Both the position numbers and the translations under genes were made by a program. The notes under the pieces are model-generated. The model saw only the letters and a program-made list of their open reading frames with translations. It ran no database searches and was not told the DNA's origin. DNA of 64,000 bases from positions 376,625-440,624 of the forward strand of contig NMRA01000001.1 of the NCBI GenBank assembly GCA_002633005.1, written 5' to 3'. Below are positions 11,309 to 23,808 of the stretch, piece after piece (within the stretch, counting starts at the first letter, position 1; each line of letters opens with the position of its first letter). Source of the stretch: Phoronis australis (Eukaryota; Animalia; Phoronida).

Positions 11309-13397
11309 AGTACAGGCTGTCACAAGAATTTACTCAAACTTCATTGCAACGCCTGCAGTTCACAAAGTTCCCGTTGTGCATACCGTGCACCTGGACTGAC
11401 TGTATAGTTATACTTGCCTATGAAGTTAGGCGTCCAAGGTGTCACTTCACATGATCAGTTTTGGACAACAGTTTCTGTTGAGGAAGCGCAAAGTCAATTT
11501 ATCTTGTTCCTAATCTAAATAATTAACTGCGTATTTATTTTGGATTAAAGACCTTGTTCCTTTTTGATCAAATATTTGAGGTGTGGGTACATTTTTCGCT
11601 ACACCCTGTATTTTAAGTTGCATCTGGCCCGACACAGAATGATTGCATTTGGTTTGACACTTTGTTTTTGCAGCTGTTGCTACATTGTCAGTTTTTCTGT
11701 CAGTGAAATAATACGGAAACCACTTGTATCTTAACCCAAGCGATCCTTGAAACAAAACATTTGTGTTGTTTCTGTTTTCTTGTCAGTGATGCGCTACCTG
11801 TTGCGACGAGATCTTGATGAGTGACTTGATGGATTCTACACCTAATGAAAAAGTGGCTTTTTCTCCGTAGAGTCAGAGTGCATCAAACTGTTTCATTCTG
11901 TCAGTCATAGGTCAGAGAATAGAGCCATTTCAAGAATGATATCGCTCCTAAATTGATGCGCAAATTTCTATGTAAGCTTCTGTAGACTCAGTTAAATATT
12001 TTTGTGTACCTGTTTTCCACTAAAGACAGAAGGGGCTATCGCATCAAGTACATCTCATAGATGACGATTCCGGTCATACAGCTGTCTTAACGATCAAAAT
12101 TGCTTGACTGTGAAAACCACTCAGTCTAGAAGTGTCAAGGGTTTCTGTTGGTGGAACGCTAGTGTATCTTAAGTGTCGAGTGTGTCTATTGGTGGAACAC
12201 CAGTGCCAAGGTTGAAGCTACCATTTCTGGCCCCTTATGTCTTTATTAATAATGACTAAATCTGACCTTGACCTAAGCTAATCGTAGATGAACTGCATAA
12301 ATGTTTGTCTGTATGCATGTATGTTGGTTCACGTTTATATAAATGGCTGCCATTCATTGAAAACCGGCAAACTTGCTGGCATGTGATTGGTCTCTAGTGA
12401 CGAGCTTAGGATCATGAACAAATGGAATGTCTTGAATTCCGACTGGCCTAGACTGCTTGGCAGTAGTTAACATGACGGTTTTCAATCAATCGCTGGGCCT
12501 GGATGTTTATATTTGCCTCAAGACGTAGTACTTAATATTCTTTCTGTGCCTACAAATTCTGCCCGAGTCTCCAGCCTTTTGTTGTATTTGTCTTGTATAC
12601 TTGTTATTGCAGCACCTAACCCATCCGGAAAATTGCAGTTTTATCAGCGACGTCTGTAGTTTGACATGTTTGTTAATCTCTACTGCAAGTTTGTAAGGTC
12701 TAAATTTTACCAGCAGTGTGCGAAGCTTTGTGGACGTCACCACGCAGGCATTCTCTGGACATGGTGTAACCCGACTAAGCAGTTCGATATAGATTGTGAA
12801 CTTGTCACATGTAGTTTTAACTAGTCTGAACATGGACTGAATGACTTGTTGAGAGTATTAAACTTGTATGTTGCCTAGTTGTGATCTCAACAACAAACAG
12901 TAGATTTTGGTGTACCGCACTTTTTGTCAATGTATTAGAAATACAAAGAAATACAATTAAGAACCCTGTTGCGCAAACCTGTTGCATCTTCACTAGGTGT
13001 AGGCAGAGTAAAATGGTTCAAGACGTCTTAAGCTATGTCACTCTAATACTGGGGCCCAAGACTTCCAAACTTTGCTCGAAACCCTCGCCAACTTCAAAAA
13101 TAGGGAATTTCAGGCCATGTGATTGGTCGAACAATGTTTGAGTTCCATTTAGGCTTCAATTTCAAAAGTTCTTGTAATCATCTTCAGCCCCTGACATACT
13201 AAATAAAGATAGTGGGGTCTGTAGTGGCTGATGGAATCATGTTCTCAAAATGTAAAATTCTTCCACTGTCTGTTGCTTTGGTGAGTGATGCGACTGAAAA
13301 ACTGCACAAAACTATGAAATGTTTATTACTTGCTGGAAGCAGATGACAATCGTACACAATTGAGGTAAGTTCCCACTTGAAGGGAGCAGTGCAATTG

Positions 13398-13545
13398 TTC
13401 GTTGTTAGGCTGTAGGTTGTGTTCATTGCCATAGAGTCTCGTCTGTTTGTTGTTAGGCTGTAGGTTGTGTTCATTGCCACAGTCTCATCTGTTTGTTGTT
13501 AGGCTGTAGGTTGTGTTCATTTCCACAGAGTCTCGTCTGTTTTAG
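13398..13545. repeat. 46-48-bp tandem repeat x3 abutting the exon 10 acceptor
   Basis: TTGTTAGGCTGTAGGTTGTGTTCATT... at 13402, 13450 and 13496. Confidence 0.9.
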
Positions 13546-13645
13546 GTGCAACAAGAGTATGCACAGTTCCAACATGTTCTTGCCACGTTGCCGCCTCAAG
13601 TGAACCCCGGAACAGCCACGTTGCTTGCGGGACTTCAGCAGCACA
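13546..13645 (+). CDS. KHDC4: KHDC4 exon 10
   Basis: [17 protein letters not shown]... (cf. VHAEYSRF); ttag|..|gtaagt. Confidence 0.9.
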
Positions 13646-15018
13646 GTAAGTCGATGGCGTCCCCCCGCCATTTTGGGTCGCTCTAGTCGCCACGGCCGAA
13701 ATCGTAAGATCTAACCCATTCATTTTCGTCTCTCTTGTTGGTGATTTTCAGACCTTTTAATCGTGTTGATTTTACCATTTCGTTTTTTCGCACATTTCTT
13801 CTGTCCTGTGTAGATGTCGCCCGGACGGTTTTCACTAATGGCCGTGTTTGCTGCAATCTGACCTGAGTTTAGACATACCACCACAGACTTCAGTCCTGTT
13901 GAGCACGTGTTTGAATTGTTGAAAAACTGCATTCGTTAACACAGTGTTAAGTTTCTCAGCACACATGTGACTAGTCGTTACGGCCCTCACTTGTAATCAC
14001 TATCAAGTCATGCCTGAACAACCGTCTTGTATGCTGATGTTACCCATGTACGTTCTTGTACCGCCGCTGAAGTCTCCTGAAACGGAGGTAAAGAAGGTGG
14101 TTTCTTGCGAGCAATAGGTGACCACTGATACAAACCTCCAACATTGAAGAGCGTCCATAGAACAGTCTGTTATGTACGAGACACCGTCGCAGGCTACTTA
14201 TGGACTGACAAATTGTAAAATTAACCCTTTAACCTGCATTTGTTTCAGGACGAGTCTGAGAACAGCGACATATTCAATACGTTTAGTGTTACAGTGCTCC
14301 GTCACTGCTTTTTTCAAAATCACAAAACTCATTTTGAATTTCCTTCCAGGCAGTATCTTTTGGAGACATAAGTTTCAAGTGTTTTTTTATCCTTTGATTA
14401 TGTAGCCTGTAACTACTTAATGAAACCTTCACCCGAGTTTGTGTTTTGTTTGTGTAAGATAGGAGGCCCACTTTGATAGGTTGAAAACTAGGCTGGTTGT
14501 CTACAGAGAATCGAAGAGAACCAATCGTCACCTTCGTAGCATTTGATTGATATCAAGCCTCAAAGATTCCCCATATCCACATAATGTGTTTCTTTGAAAA
14601 AGAATTGATTTGTTCTTTATTGTTTGATATTATCTCTTCTGCAACTGGTACTGCACTGTGTTCTACTAGCTGGGAAGTATGGCCCCTGACTCCGCCAAAA
14701 TTTTAAAGATAAAAGTTTTTTTGCACCTTTTATCACATTATTACAGGTTTGTCCATCTCCTGAGTTAATAAAAAAACAACACATTTCCCTATGTTACTAC
14801 TGAAGCAGTATTACCCACGGTGCAGTGCCAGAAACTTAGAATGTTTTGGTTATAACACGTGTGTAACGGTTGTGTCTAGTAAGAGTTGGAGTAGACTTGT
14901 GACCCGACTAATCCTCATGATTTTGGTGTTTCAGGTTTGTGTGATGAGCAGTTTGTGATTAGACTCATGTTACACTGATACAGTTAACATGCTGTTATTT
15001 TCATTCCACATTTTACAG

Positions 15019-15084
15019 CTGCTCAGCATCCGCCGGCATTGCTGTCCAGTCTTCGTCAGCAGTCCTTGACGATACCGCCCCCTG
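15019..15084 (+). CDS. KHDC4: KHDC4 exon 11 (low complexity, phase 1-1)
   Basis: AQHPPALLSSLRQQSLTIPPP; ttacag|..|gtgagt; 66 nt. Confidence 0.75.
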
Positions 15085-15216
15085 GTGAGTTCTTTAAGTG
15101 CTATCAAAAATGTCAACAGGTGGAAGCACTGTGCCTGTTGCACTTGTGAATGTTGTTCCACATGGGACCCAGTAAACTGTGTTCACTGACTCAGAAACTC
15201 GTACTCGTACTCCTAA

Positions 15217-18200
15217 ACACAGCTCTCTGGTCGACAAGCATGGTGCCCAGATTCACAAACACAGCTCTCTGGTCGGCCAATACGGTGCCCAGATTCACAA
15301 ACACAGCTCTCTGGTCGGCCAACATGGTGCCCAGATTCANCTCTTTGTTCAGTCAACACGGTGCCCAGACTCACAAATGTTGCTCTTTGTTCAGTCAACA
15401 CGGTGCCCAGACTCACAAATGTTGCTCTTTGTTCAGTCAACACGGTGCCCAGACTCACAAATGTTGCTCTTTGTTCAGTCAACACGGTGCCCAGACTCAC
15501 AAATGTTGCTCTTTGTTCAGTCAACACGGTGCCCAGACTCACAAATGTTGCTCTTTGTTCAGTCAACACGGTGCCCAGACTCACAAATGTTGCTCTTTGT
15601 TCAGTCAACACGGTGCCCAGACTCACAAATGTTGCTCTTTGTTCAGTCAACACGGTGCCCAGACTCACAAATGTTGCTCTTTGTTCAGTCAACACGGTGC
15701 CCAGACTCACAAATGTTGCTCTTTGTTCAGTCAACACGGTGCCCAGACTCACAAATGTTGCTCTTTGTTCAGTCAACACGGTGCCCAGACTCACAAATGT
15801 TGCTCTTTGTTCAGTCAACACGGTGCCCAGACTCACAAATGTTGCTCTTTGTTCAGTCAACACGGTGCCCAGACTCACAAATGTTGCTCTTTGTTCAGTC
15901 AACACGGTGCCCAGACTCACAAATGTTGCTCTTTGTTCAGTCAACACGGTGCCCAGACTCACAAATGTTGCTCTTTGTTCAGTCAACACGGTGCCCAGAC
16001 TCACAAATGTTGCTCTTTGTTCAGTCAACACGGTGCCCAGACTCACAAATGTTGCTCTTTGTTCAGTCAACACGGTGCCCAGACTCACAAATGTTGCTCT
16101 TTGTTCAGTCAACACGGTGCCCAGACTCACAAATGTTGCTCTTTGTTCAGTCAACACGGTGCCCAGACTCACAAATGTTGCTCTTTGTTCAGTCAACACG
16201 GTGCCCAGACTCACAAATGTTGCTCTTTGTTCAGTCAACACGGTGCCCAGACTCACAAATGTTGCTCTTTGTTCAGTCAACACGGTGCCCAGACTCACAA
16301 ATGTTGCTCTTTGTTCAGTCAACACGGTGCCCAGACTCACAAATGTTGCTCTTTGTTCAGTCAACACGGTGCCCAGACTCACAAATGTTGCTCTTTGTTC
16401 AGTCAACACGGTGCCCAGACTCACAAATGTTGCTCTTTGTTCAGTCAACACGGTGCCCAGACTCACAAATGTTGCTCTTTGTTCAGTCAACACGGTGCCC
16501 AGACTCACAAATGTTGCTCTTTGTTCAGTCAACACGGTGCCCAGACTCACAAATGTTGCTCTTTGTTCAGTCAACACGGTGCCCAGACTCACAAATGTTG
16601 CTCTTTGTTCAGTCAACACGGTGCCCAGACTCACAAATGTTGCTCTTTGTTCAGTCAACACGGTGCCCAGACTCACAAATGTTGCTCTTTGTTCAGTCAA
16701 CACGGTGCCCAGACTCACAAATGTTGCTCTTTGTTCAGTCAACACGGTGCCCAGACTCACAAATGTTGCTCTTTGTTCAGTCAACACGGTGCCCAGACTC
16801 ACAAATGTTGCTCTTTGTTCAGTCAACACGGTGCCCAGACTCACAAATGTTGCTCTTTGTTCAGTCAACACGGTGCCCAGACTCACAAATGTTGCTCTTT
16901 GTTCAGTCAACACGGTGCCCAGACTCACAAATGTTGCTCTTTGTTCAGTCAACACGGTGCCCAGACTCACAAATGTTGCTCTTTGTTCAGTCAACACGGT
17001 GCCCAGACTCACAAATGTTGCTCTTTGTTCAGTCAACACGGTGCCCAGACTCACAAATGTTGCTCTTTGTTCAGTCAACACGGTGCCCAGACTCACAAAT
17101 GTTGCTCTTTGTTCAGTCAACACGGTGCCCAGACTCACAAATGTTGCTCTTTGTTCAGTCAACACGGTGCCCAGACTCACAAATGTTGCTCTTTGTTCAG
17201 TCAACACGGTGCCCAGACTCACAAATGTTGCTCTTTGTTCAGTCAACACGGTGCCCAGACTCACAAATGTTGCTCTTTGTTCAGTCAACACGGTGCCCAG
17301 ACTCACAAATGTTGCTCTTTGTTCAGTCAACACGGTGCCCAGACTCACAAATGTTGCTCTTTGTTCAGTCAACACGGTGCCCAGACTCACAAATGTTGCT
17401 CTTTGTTCAGTCAACACGGTGCCCAGACTCACAAATGTTGCTCTTTGTTCAGTCAACACGGTGCCCAGACTCACAAATGTTGCTCTTTGTTCAGTCAACA
17501 CGGTGCCCAGACTCACAAATGTTGCTCTTTGTTCAGTCAACACGGTGCCCAGACTCACAAATGTTGCTCTTTGTTCAGTCAACACGGTGCCCAGACTCAC
17601 AAATGTTGCTCTTTGTTCAGTCAACACGGTGCCCAGACTCACAAATGTTGCTCTTTGTTCAGTCAACACGGTGCCCAGACTCACAAATGTTGCTCTTTGT
17701 TCAGTCAACACGGTGCCCAGACTCACAAATGTTGCTCTTTGTTCAGTCAACACGGTGCCCAGACTCACAAATGTTGCTCTTTGTTCAGTCAACACGGTGC
17801 CCAGACTCACAAATGTTGCTCTTTGTTCAGTCAACACGGTGCCCAGACTCACAAATGTTGCTCTTTGTTCAGTCAACACGGTGCCCAGACTCACAAATGT
17901 TGCTCTTTGTTCAGTCAACACGGTGCCCAGACTCACAAATGTTGCTCTTTGTTCAGTCAACACGGTGCCCAGACTCACAAATGTTGCTCTTTGTTCAGTC
18001 AACACGGTGCCCAGACTCACAAATGTTGCTCTTTGTTCAGTCAACACGGTGCCCAGACTCACAAATGTTGCTCTTTGTTCAGTCAACACGGTGCCCAGAC
18101 TCACAAATGTTGCTCTTTGTTCAGTCAACACGGTGCCCAGACTCACAAATGTTGCTCTTTGTTCAGTCAACACGGTGCCCAGACTCACAAATGTTGCTCT

Positions 18201-18525
18201 TTGTTCAGTCAACACGGTGCCCAGACTCACAAATGTTGCTCTTTGTTCAGTCAACACGGTGCCCAGACTCACAAATGTTGCTCTTTGTTCAGTCAACACG
18301 GTGCCCAGACTCACAAATGTTGCTCTTTGTTCAGTCAACACGGTGCCCAGACTCACAAATGTTGCTCTTTGTTCAGTCAACACGGTGCCCAGACTCACAA
18401 ATGTTGCTCTTTGTTCAGTCAACACGGTGCCCAGACTCACAAACAGAGCTCTCTGATCATCCAACTCATTGCCCAAACTCACAAACACAGCTCTCTGGTC
18501 GGCCAATACAGTGCCCAGACTCAAC
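15217..18525. repeat. 42-bp tandem array: ~74 identical units (15341-~18441) flanked by diverged units
   Basis: Unit CTCTTTGTTCAGTCAACACGGTGCCCAGACTCACAAATGTTG; about 3 diverged copies before the N at 15340 and 2 after the array. Confidence 0.97.
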
Positions 18526-18860
18526 TAACATGGGTACACGGACATAGACCTGGGTATTTGTTCAGGAGTTGATGACCAATATTTTGAGTTGGTGAGCTCG
18601 GTTGTTTGGGTGAGTAAGCTGCATTTTTTCGTGAATGCGCCATGTTTCTCTATCTGAGAGCCGTGTTTGTGAATCCGGTCACAATTTAGTAGATTAGCGA
18701 AATCAGTTTAATAAACCTGTACGTCATGTATGTGAGTGTTTGTTTGTGAGTGGGCCAGTTGTGCAGCGTCTACTTGTTTCGTGCGTTAGTGCCATGAATG
18801 TTAATTGTGATTATATCAGCATATTGCTTCATTCTACATGGTTGAGTCTTGGAGGTAATG

Positions 18861-19145
18861 CTAGTGAACACTGCTAACAGTGACTCCTAGTGGACACTGC
18901 TAACAGTGACTCTTAGTGGACACTGCTAACAGTGACTCTTAGTGGACAGTACTAACAGCGACTCATAGTGGACACTGCTGACAGTGACTACTAGTGGACA
19001 CTGCTAACAGTGACTCCTAGTGGACACTGCTAACAGTGACTCTTAGCGGACACTGCTGACAGTGACTACTAGTGGACATTGCTGACAGTGACTCCTAGTG
19101 GATACTGATAACAGTGACTCCTAGTGGACACTGCTAACAGTGACT
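18861..19145. repeat. 26-bp minisatellite, ~11 copies, each with internal inverted repeat CACTG-ctaa-CAGTG
   Basis: Unit CTAGTGGACACTGCTAACAGTGACTC, period 26 (18861 to 18887). Confidence 0.92.
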
Positions 19146-19514
19146 ACTCCTTACCTTTAGTACTATAAACAAGGAGGTAGTGTGGGTCAGTGGTTTGTGA
19201 CTACTGTTTGGGAGACCTGGCTTCAAATCCTGGCTAACACTGGCAGACAGTCGAGCATTGTACTGTGCTGTCTCCTCCCCTGAGCTCGGTCTTAGCAGTG
19301 AATGTATTCAAGGGAGTGCAAGTGATTTCTGGAGTGTGCTAAAAACCTATAAATGAATTGTGTCGTATGGCCAAACTTCAAAACAAGACATACGGATGTC
19401 TGCATGATTGCAACTTGCACTGTTGCCGCGCCAGCGCCACCTGGTGAACTTTGAGCTGTTACTGCACGCCATGCCCCATTTACGTGACACTATGTTGTTT
19501 CACTTGTGCTACAG

Positions 19515-19718
19515 GACTTGCTACGCTTCACACAACACTACCCCCTATGGGACCACTGCACAGGCTGATGGGCTCTAGTGGCGCCCCCACTCTGCCACCC
19601 GCAATGCCAGCAGCCATCAGCACCAATTTACTATTGGCTCCAGCCCAGGATCATGTGTCCACGACTGGTGCCGGCAATGAACCCTCCTCAGCCAGCCTGT
19701 CTCTGGGCCTTCCCACTT
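19515..19718 (+). CDS. KHDC4: KHDC4 exon 12 (low complexity, phase 1-1)
   Basis: GLATLHTTLPPMGP...SLGLPT; acag|..|gtgagt; 204 nt, open frame. Confidence 0.7.
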
Positions 19719-21255
19719 GTGAGTGACATAATGTTATTAAGAGTAACTGTAATACCATGCAAATACAGTCACCCAAAGTACGATCTCTAGATTTTGGTAA
19801 AATGTTCTTAGTCTACACAGTAGAGATGACATTTTTAAAAACCTCTTACTGGCAGCTTAGCCAAAGCGTGAGAGTTTATTTAACTCGCCCAGCATTTAAA
19901 AATCACATTCTTCAGATGGACGCCTGCAGCGTGTGAACTCTCATTTGCTGTAGTTGTCATGGCAACCATAACATTATTGACACATTAACTGGATGTCAAC
20001 AATCTCTCTATAAATGCTATCATAATGTTAAGATGTTAGTTGAATTTTTTAACTACTAGACTTTCTTTTATGCATCCCCATAAAAACTAAAGGAGTGGAT
20101 CTAGGCCATTCATGCTTTGGTAAATTAAAAGTTCAGCATACCACCATCCAATTCCTGAAAAGCCGTGTATTTGTCCCTCTGTGTACACTTCTGCAAACAA
20201 AATTTTAATTAATGATGCACGTTGCAATGCTACTGAAATTCTATGATTACAGTTGTAAGTGACGTCACATTCACCTGCACTTAGTGCTGCAATTTTTTGA
20301 TATTCAGTAATAAATTACACAAGTCCAATTTATCACTTCTACAATTCAAGTATGCATGGTGTAAAAGTACGGATTACACGTACATTCTTTGGTAGCAAAG
20401 CATTAATTTTGCTCAGGAGCATATCGGCTAATTGGCCAGCTGCCAACACACTTATTGGACTCCCTAAACCATATCATTGGGCGTTTGAACAGGCAGTGTG
20501 TGGTGTTCGAGAAATAAATGAAAAAATCAAGCCACAGGTCTCCACTAATGTAGAGCCCTATCGATTTCAGGTGCAATTGGTCAGCGTCAGGCAAATTGTT
20601 GAGAATTCATACGTGTGACGTCAATTTCCACCTCTGTACCTTTGCTCAACTAGTAATTGAAGATGATTGATGATTACCATAAATATGGTCTTCAGTTTCT
20701 GTGTGGTGTCATGAGTAATAACTTGCAGAAGCTGTGATTGGCCAGTAAAAAGAAATTGAATGAGGTTTCCTGATTTTGATTGAATTACATAATGTTGACT
20801 TTGTGTCATTAAGTGAGTGTAAATGTTTTATGTTGTGCCTAAATAATGAGATACCACATAATGTTGCTGGATCAGGGTTGGGCAATTAATACTGCTAACA
20901 TTTAAATAAAACCAAATTTTTGTGCGTTATGATTTGGAGCAATTCATGGTCCGGCTACGGAAATCCTCTGTCATATGTCCTTGCATTCTCTGACACTAGT
21001 TTTGTATGAGAATTTTCCTGCAACACAGATTATTTTTTTTCACCATTATTGATAGACAGTACAAGGACAATTGGCTTTTGTGACTTTTTATACCTAGTTC
21101 AAAAACCATGATTCGTTTCAATGTATAAAATACGAAAAGTTTGGTTGAATTTGATTTTTGTTCTCATTGTAGGAACTTTTTTGCGCTCTGAACATTATAG
21201 CGCTTAAGGCTAGCAGAACTTGGGGAAATTTTAGTGCCATTCTCTGTTGTTGCAG

Positions 21256-21387
21256 CCTTGCCCCCACCAGAGGTCGCCACTGTCCTACCTTCTAGTCAAG
21301 CCGTGATGCCAAATATGTCCCAGCCCCCTCCCGGATATTTCACCGTGTCCGCACCAAGCAGTCAGCAATTTATACCTGGGTCAGCAG
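21256..21387 (+). CDS. KHDC4: KHDC4 exon 13 (phase 1-1)
   Basis: LPPPEVATVLPSSQAVMPNMSQPPPGYF...; gcag|..|gtaagt; 132 nt. Confidence 0.8.
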
Positions 21388-21915
21388 GTAAGTGCATATT
21401 GTTGAGTGACAGCATTTGTCTAAATATTCAATTTCAAAGACCGATTTTCTGTCAAAAGTGGAGCCTGGTTTCTGAATTATGTGTTTGAAGTGTTGTTGAA
21501 GGTAAATTAAGACTCAAGTTTCATAAGAGAAACCTGACTTTTGGTTACTACCGGCAACAAAGCCGTCAAATAATTACTGGTTGGAATATTTTATTTTGAA
21601 ATTGACACTTCACAAGATGCTGTCTTGTGTAGGTGTGAAGTAGGCAGCAATTATGGGGGAATCGGTGGAATTGATGGAATCTCTAAAATGTAGTTGTTCA
21701 GGGTTTTGTTGAATTTGTGAGATTTGATTGAGTCACTCGAGACTGAAATGGTGATTTTAATCATTTCCGTGTTCTAAAAGTTCCCTAAAACAGATTTCAC
21801 ATTTTAGAATTAAGGTTCAATCCAATGTATGATGTTGAACGACTTACTACAAAATGCTAACGGCCATTTCCCAGAGGTTTGCCTCGCGACTTTCAAAACT
21901 GTCGTTGCTTTGCAG

Positions 21916-22059
21916 CTGTAACGGGACTGAGTCTGGCCTCTTCTGTCTACACTGCCACATCTCCGGCTCACTTCAGTCAGACGCCCCTGTCCGTCGCCAG
22001 TAGCCTCCACAGTGTGGCGCCACCATCTCTCCCTCCGGGATCGTTAATGGCTCTGCCTG
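21916..22059 (+). CDS. KHDC4: KHDC4 exon 14 (phase 1-1)
   Basis: AVTGLSLASSVY...LMALP; gcag|..|gtgagt; 144 nt. Confidence 0.8.
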
Positions 22060-22233
22060 GTGAGTCCATCTTTCTATTACACACCGCAGTTCAACCCACT
22101 GTCAAATACTCCTAACTTAGCAGTGGCTAATTACTTTATTTTTGCTGGTCAGACTGTTGTTGTTTGTTGTTGTTGTTTTTGTTGTTTTTGTTGTTGTTGG
22201 TGATGGTATTGATGATCTTTCTTTTTTCCACAG

Positions 22234-22425
22234 GTGTCCAACAGATAGGTCAACAGGTACAGCCCGCTCAGTCAGTTACCCAGATGACTCAAGGGGGACA
22301 GCTCCTTGTACACACACAGGTTCCACCAGGTGGTGCCACTGTTGCCTCTCAGCCATTGGCTGGCTTGCAGCAGACTGTACCCCCAGCTGGTGCCCTACTG
22401 AGGCAACCTGGACAGCTATTGGCTG
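22234..22425 (+). CDS. KHDC4: KHDC4 exon 15 (Q-rich, phase 1-1)
   Basis: VQQIGQQVQPAQ...QPGQLLA; acag|..|gtaagt; 192 nt. Confidence 0.8.
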
Positions 22426-22740
22426 GTAAGTGTACTTTTTGTTACACAACTTGATTTATACTTATTTGTACTTTCAATACAGTCTCCTGTCTTCCGACGT
22501 GCAACTGTGAAGCAAAATGCCTAAAGAAAAAACAGACAAATGAGTTAAGATACTGAAAATGTAGCTATTCTTCGAGACCATGTGTTGCATCTTTAGGCAG
22601 TAGGGAAAATGAATGTGCTGGAAGCGAAATAATCAGTGACAGAAGTGGAGAGCTTATTAAACACAGGATTCAATACATAGTGTGAATTTAGAAGTGAGGT
22701 GTTCACATGTATCAAATAATAGCAACACCCTCTGTTGCAG

Positions 22741-23081
22741 GTCAGCCAAATCTGGTCATGACTTCACAGCCAAACGTCTTCGTACAATCTCTGGCACGGC
22801 CACAGCTAGCCCAGCAGCAGCAGCTGGTGCAAACGTCGACCGCTTTACAGCCCCCACAGGTGGAGCCACATGCCAGACAGAGCCTGGCTAATGGCATCCC
22901 GTCCTTGTTGGCGCCTGGTGTTAGTGGCACACCAGGCGGTGTGCCGACGTTCCTGGCGCAGGCGCAGGCGCACGCGGCATCTGTGTCAATGGCATCGGCG
23001 GCAATAAGGCGTGAAAAGGGTCTGACTTCAGCGCCATCTGTGGTTCAATTCCAACAGCAACAACAACAGTTTGTGTCGCAG
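22741..23081 (+). CDS. KHDC4: KHDC4 exon 16 (Q/A-rich)
   Basis: GQPNLVMTSQPN...FQQQQQQFVSQ; gcag|..|gtacca; phase 1 to 0. Confidence 0.78.
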
Positions 23082-23583
23082 GTACCAATGTTTCTGTGAA
23101 TTCAAATTCCTAAAGTTCTTTTAATTAGTTTGCAGAAGTAAAATGGCTGTCAGACAAACAATTGAACCAGTTTTGAAAAATGGAAAACTGTTAAGTCATG
23201 TCCTGTATTGATCTTGCCAATAAATGTTTTTGTAAGACTTCAAGACTTTTTACGTTGGGCTGACCACCAGGCATAAGTGCTTCACTTGATTGACTTGTGG
23301 ATGACCTGAACATCGCTAAACGTGGTGTTCACTCATGTTGAAGTATTGAAAATGAAAAGAATGAGGGATCCTCATTAGAGCAAGTACAAATCCCTTTAGC
23401 TACACTATGGGTCAACCATGCTTGGCAGTAATCATACACAGAATCATTACAACTAGAATAACTCGGCCCTCGAAAGGAAAGTGACATCCTAGAAAATACA
23501 CAGAAAATGAAAACCCAATATAACTGGCTTCCATTCATGATACTGGTGAACCTGAGATTTCAAGTGATGCTTTTTTCTTACAG

Positions 23584-23808
23584 CCTTCTTCCATGTCCAG
23601 CCTGGATGTCCAGTCAAGTGTCCCCTACTCTGTACAGTCTGCGACCGGCAGTAGTCAACCAGCCGTACCATCAAGTTACGGCCATGCCCATCCACCGTCG
23701 TCTGTGGCGATGACCCTGGCCGGAACCTCTTCACGTGAGCCTCAGAAGCGACGGTTCACGGAGGAGAAGGTAGAAGAGCGTCTACCGGACGGATTACTGG
23801 GCTATCAG
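23584..23808 (+). CDS. KHDC4: KHDC4 exon 17
   Basis: Ends with conserved QKRRFTEE...DGLLGYQ; acag|..|gtaata. Confidence 0.92.

Noticed and set aside
15150-18572. Four 1000+ aa ORFs on both strands
   Set aside because: They are translations of a 42-bp (14-codon) tandem repeat that lacks stops, lie inside a KHDC4 intron, and overlap in four frames
15341-19145. CRISPR-like appearance of the 42-bp and 26-bp arrays
   Set aside because: Head-to-tail units with no unique spacers, no cas genes, and a eukaryotic intron context
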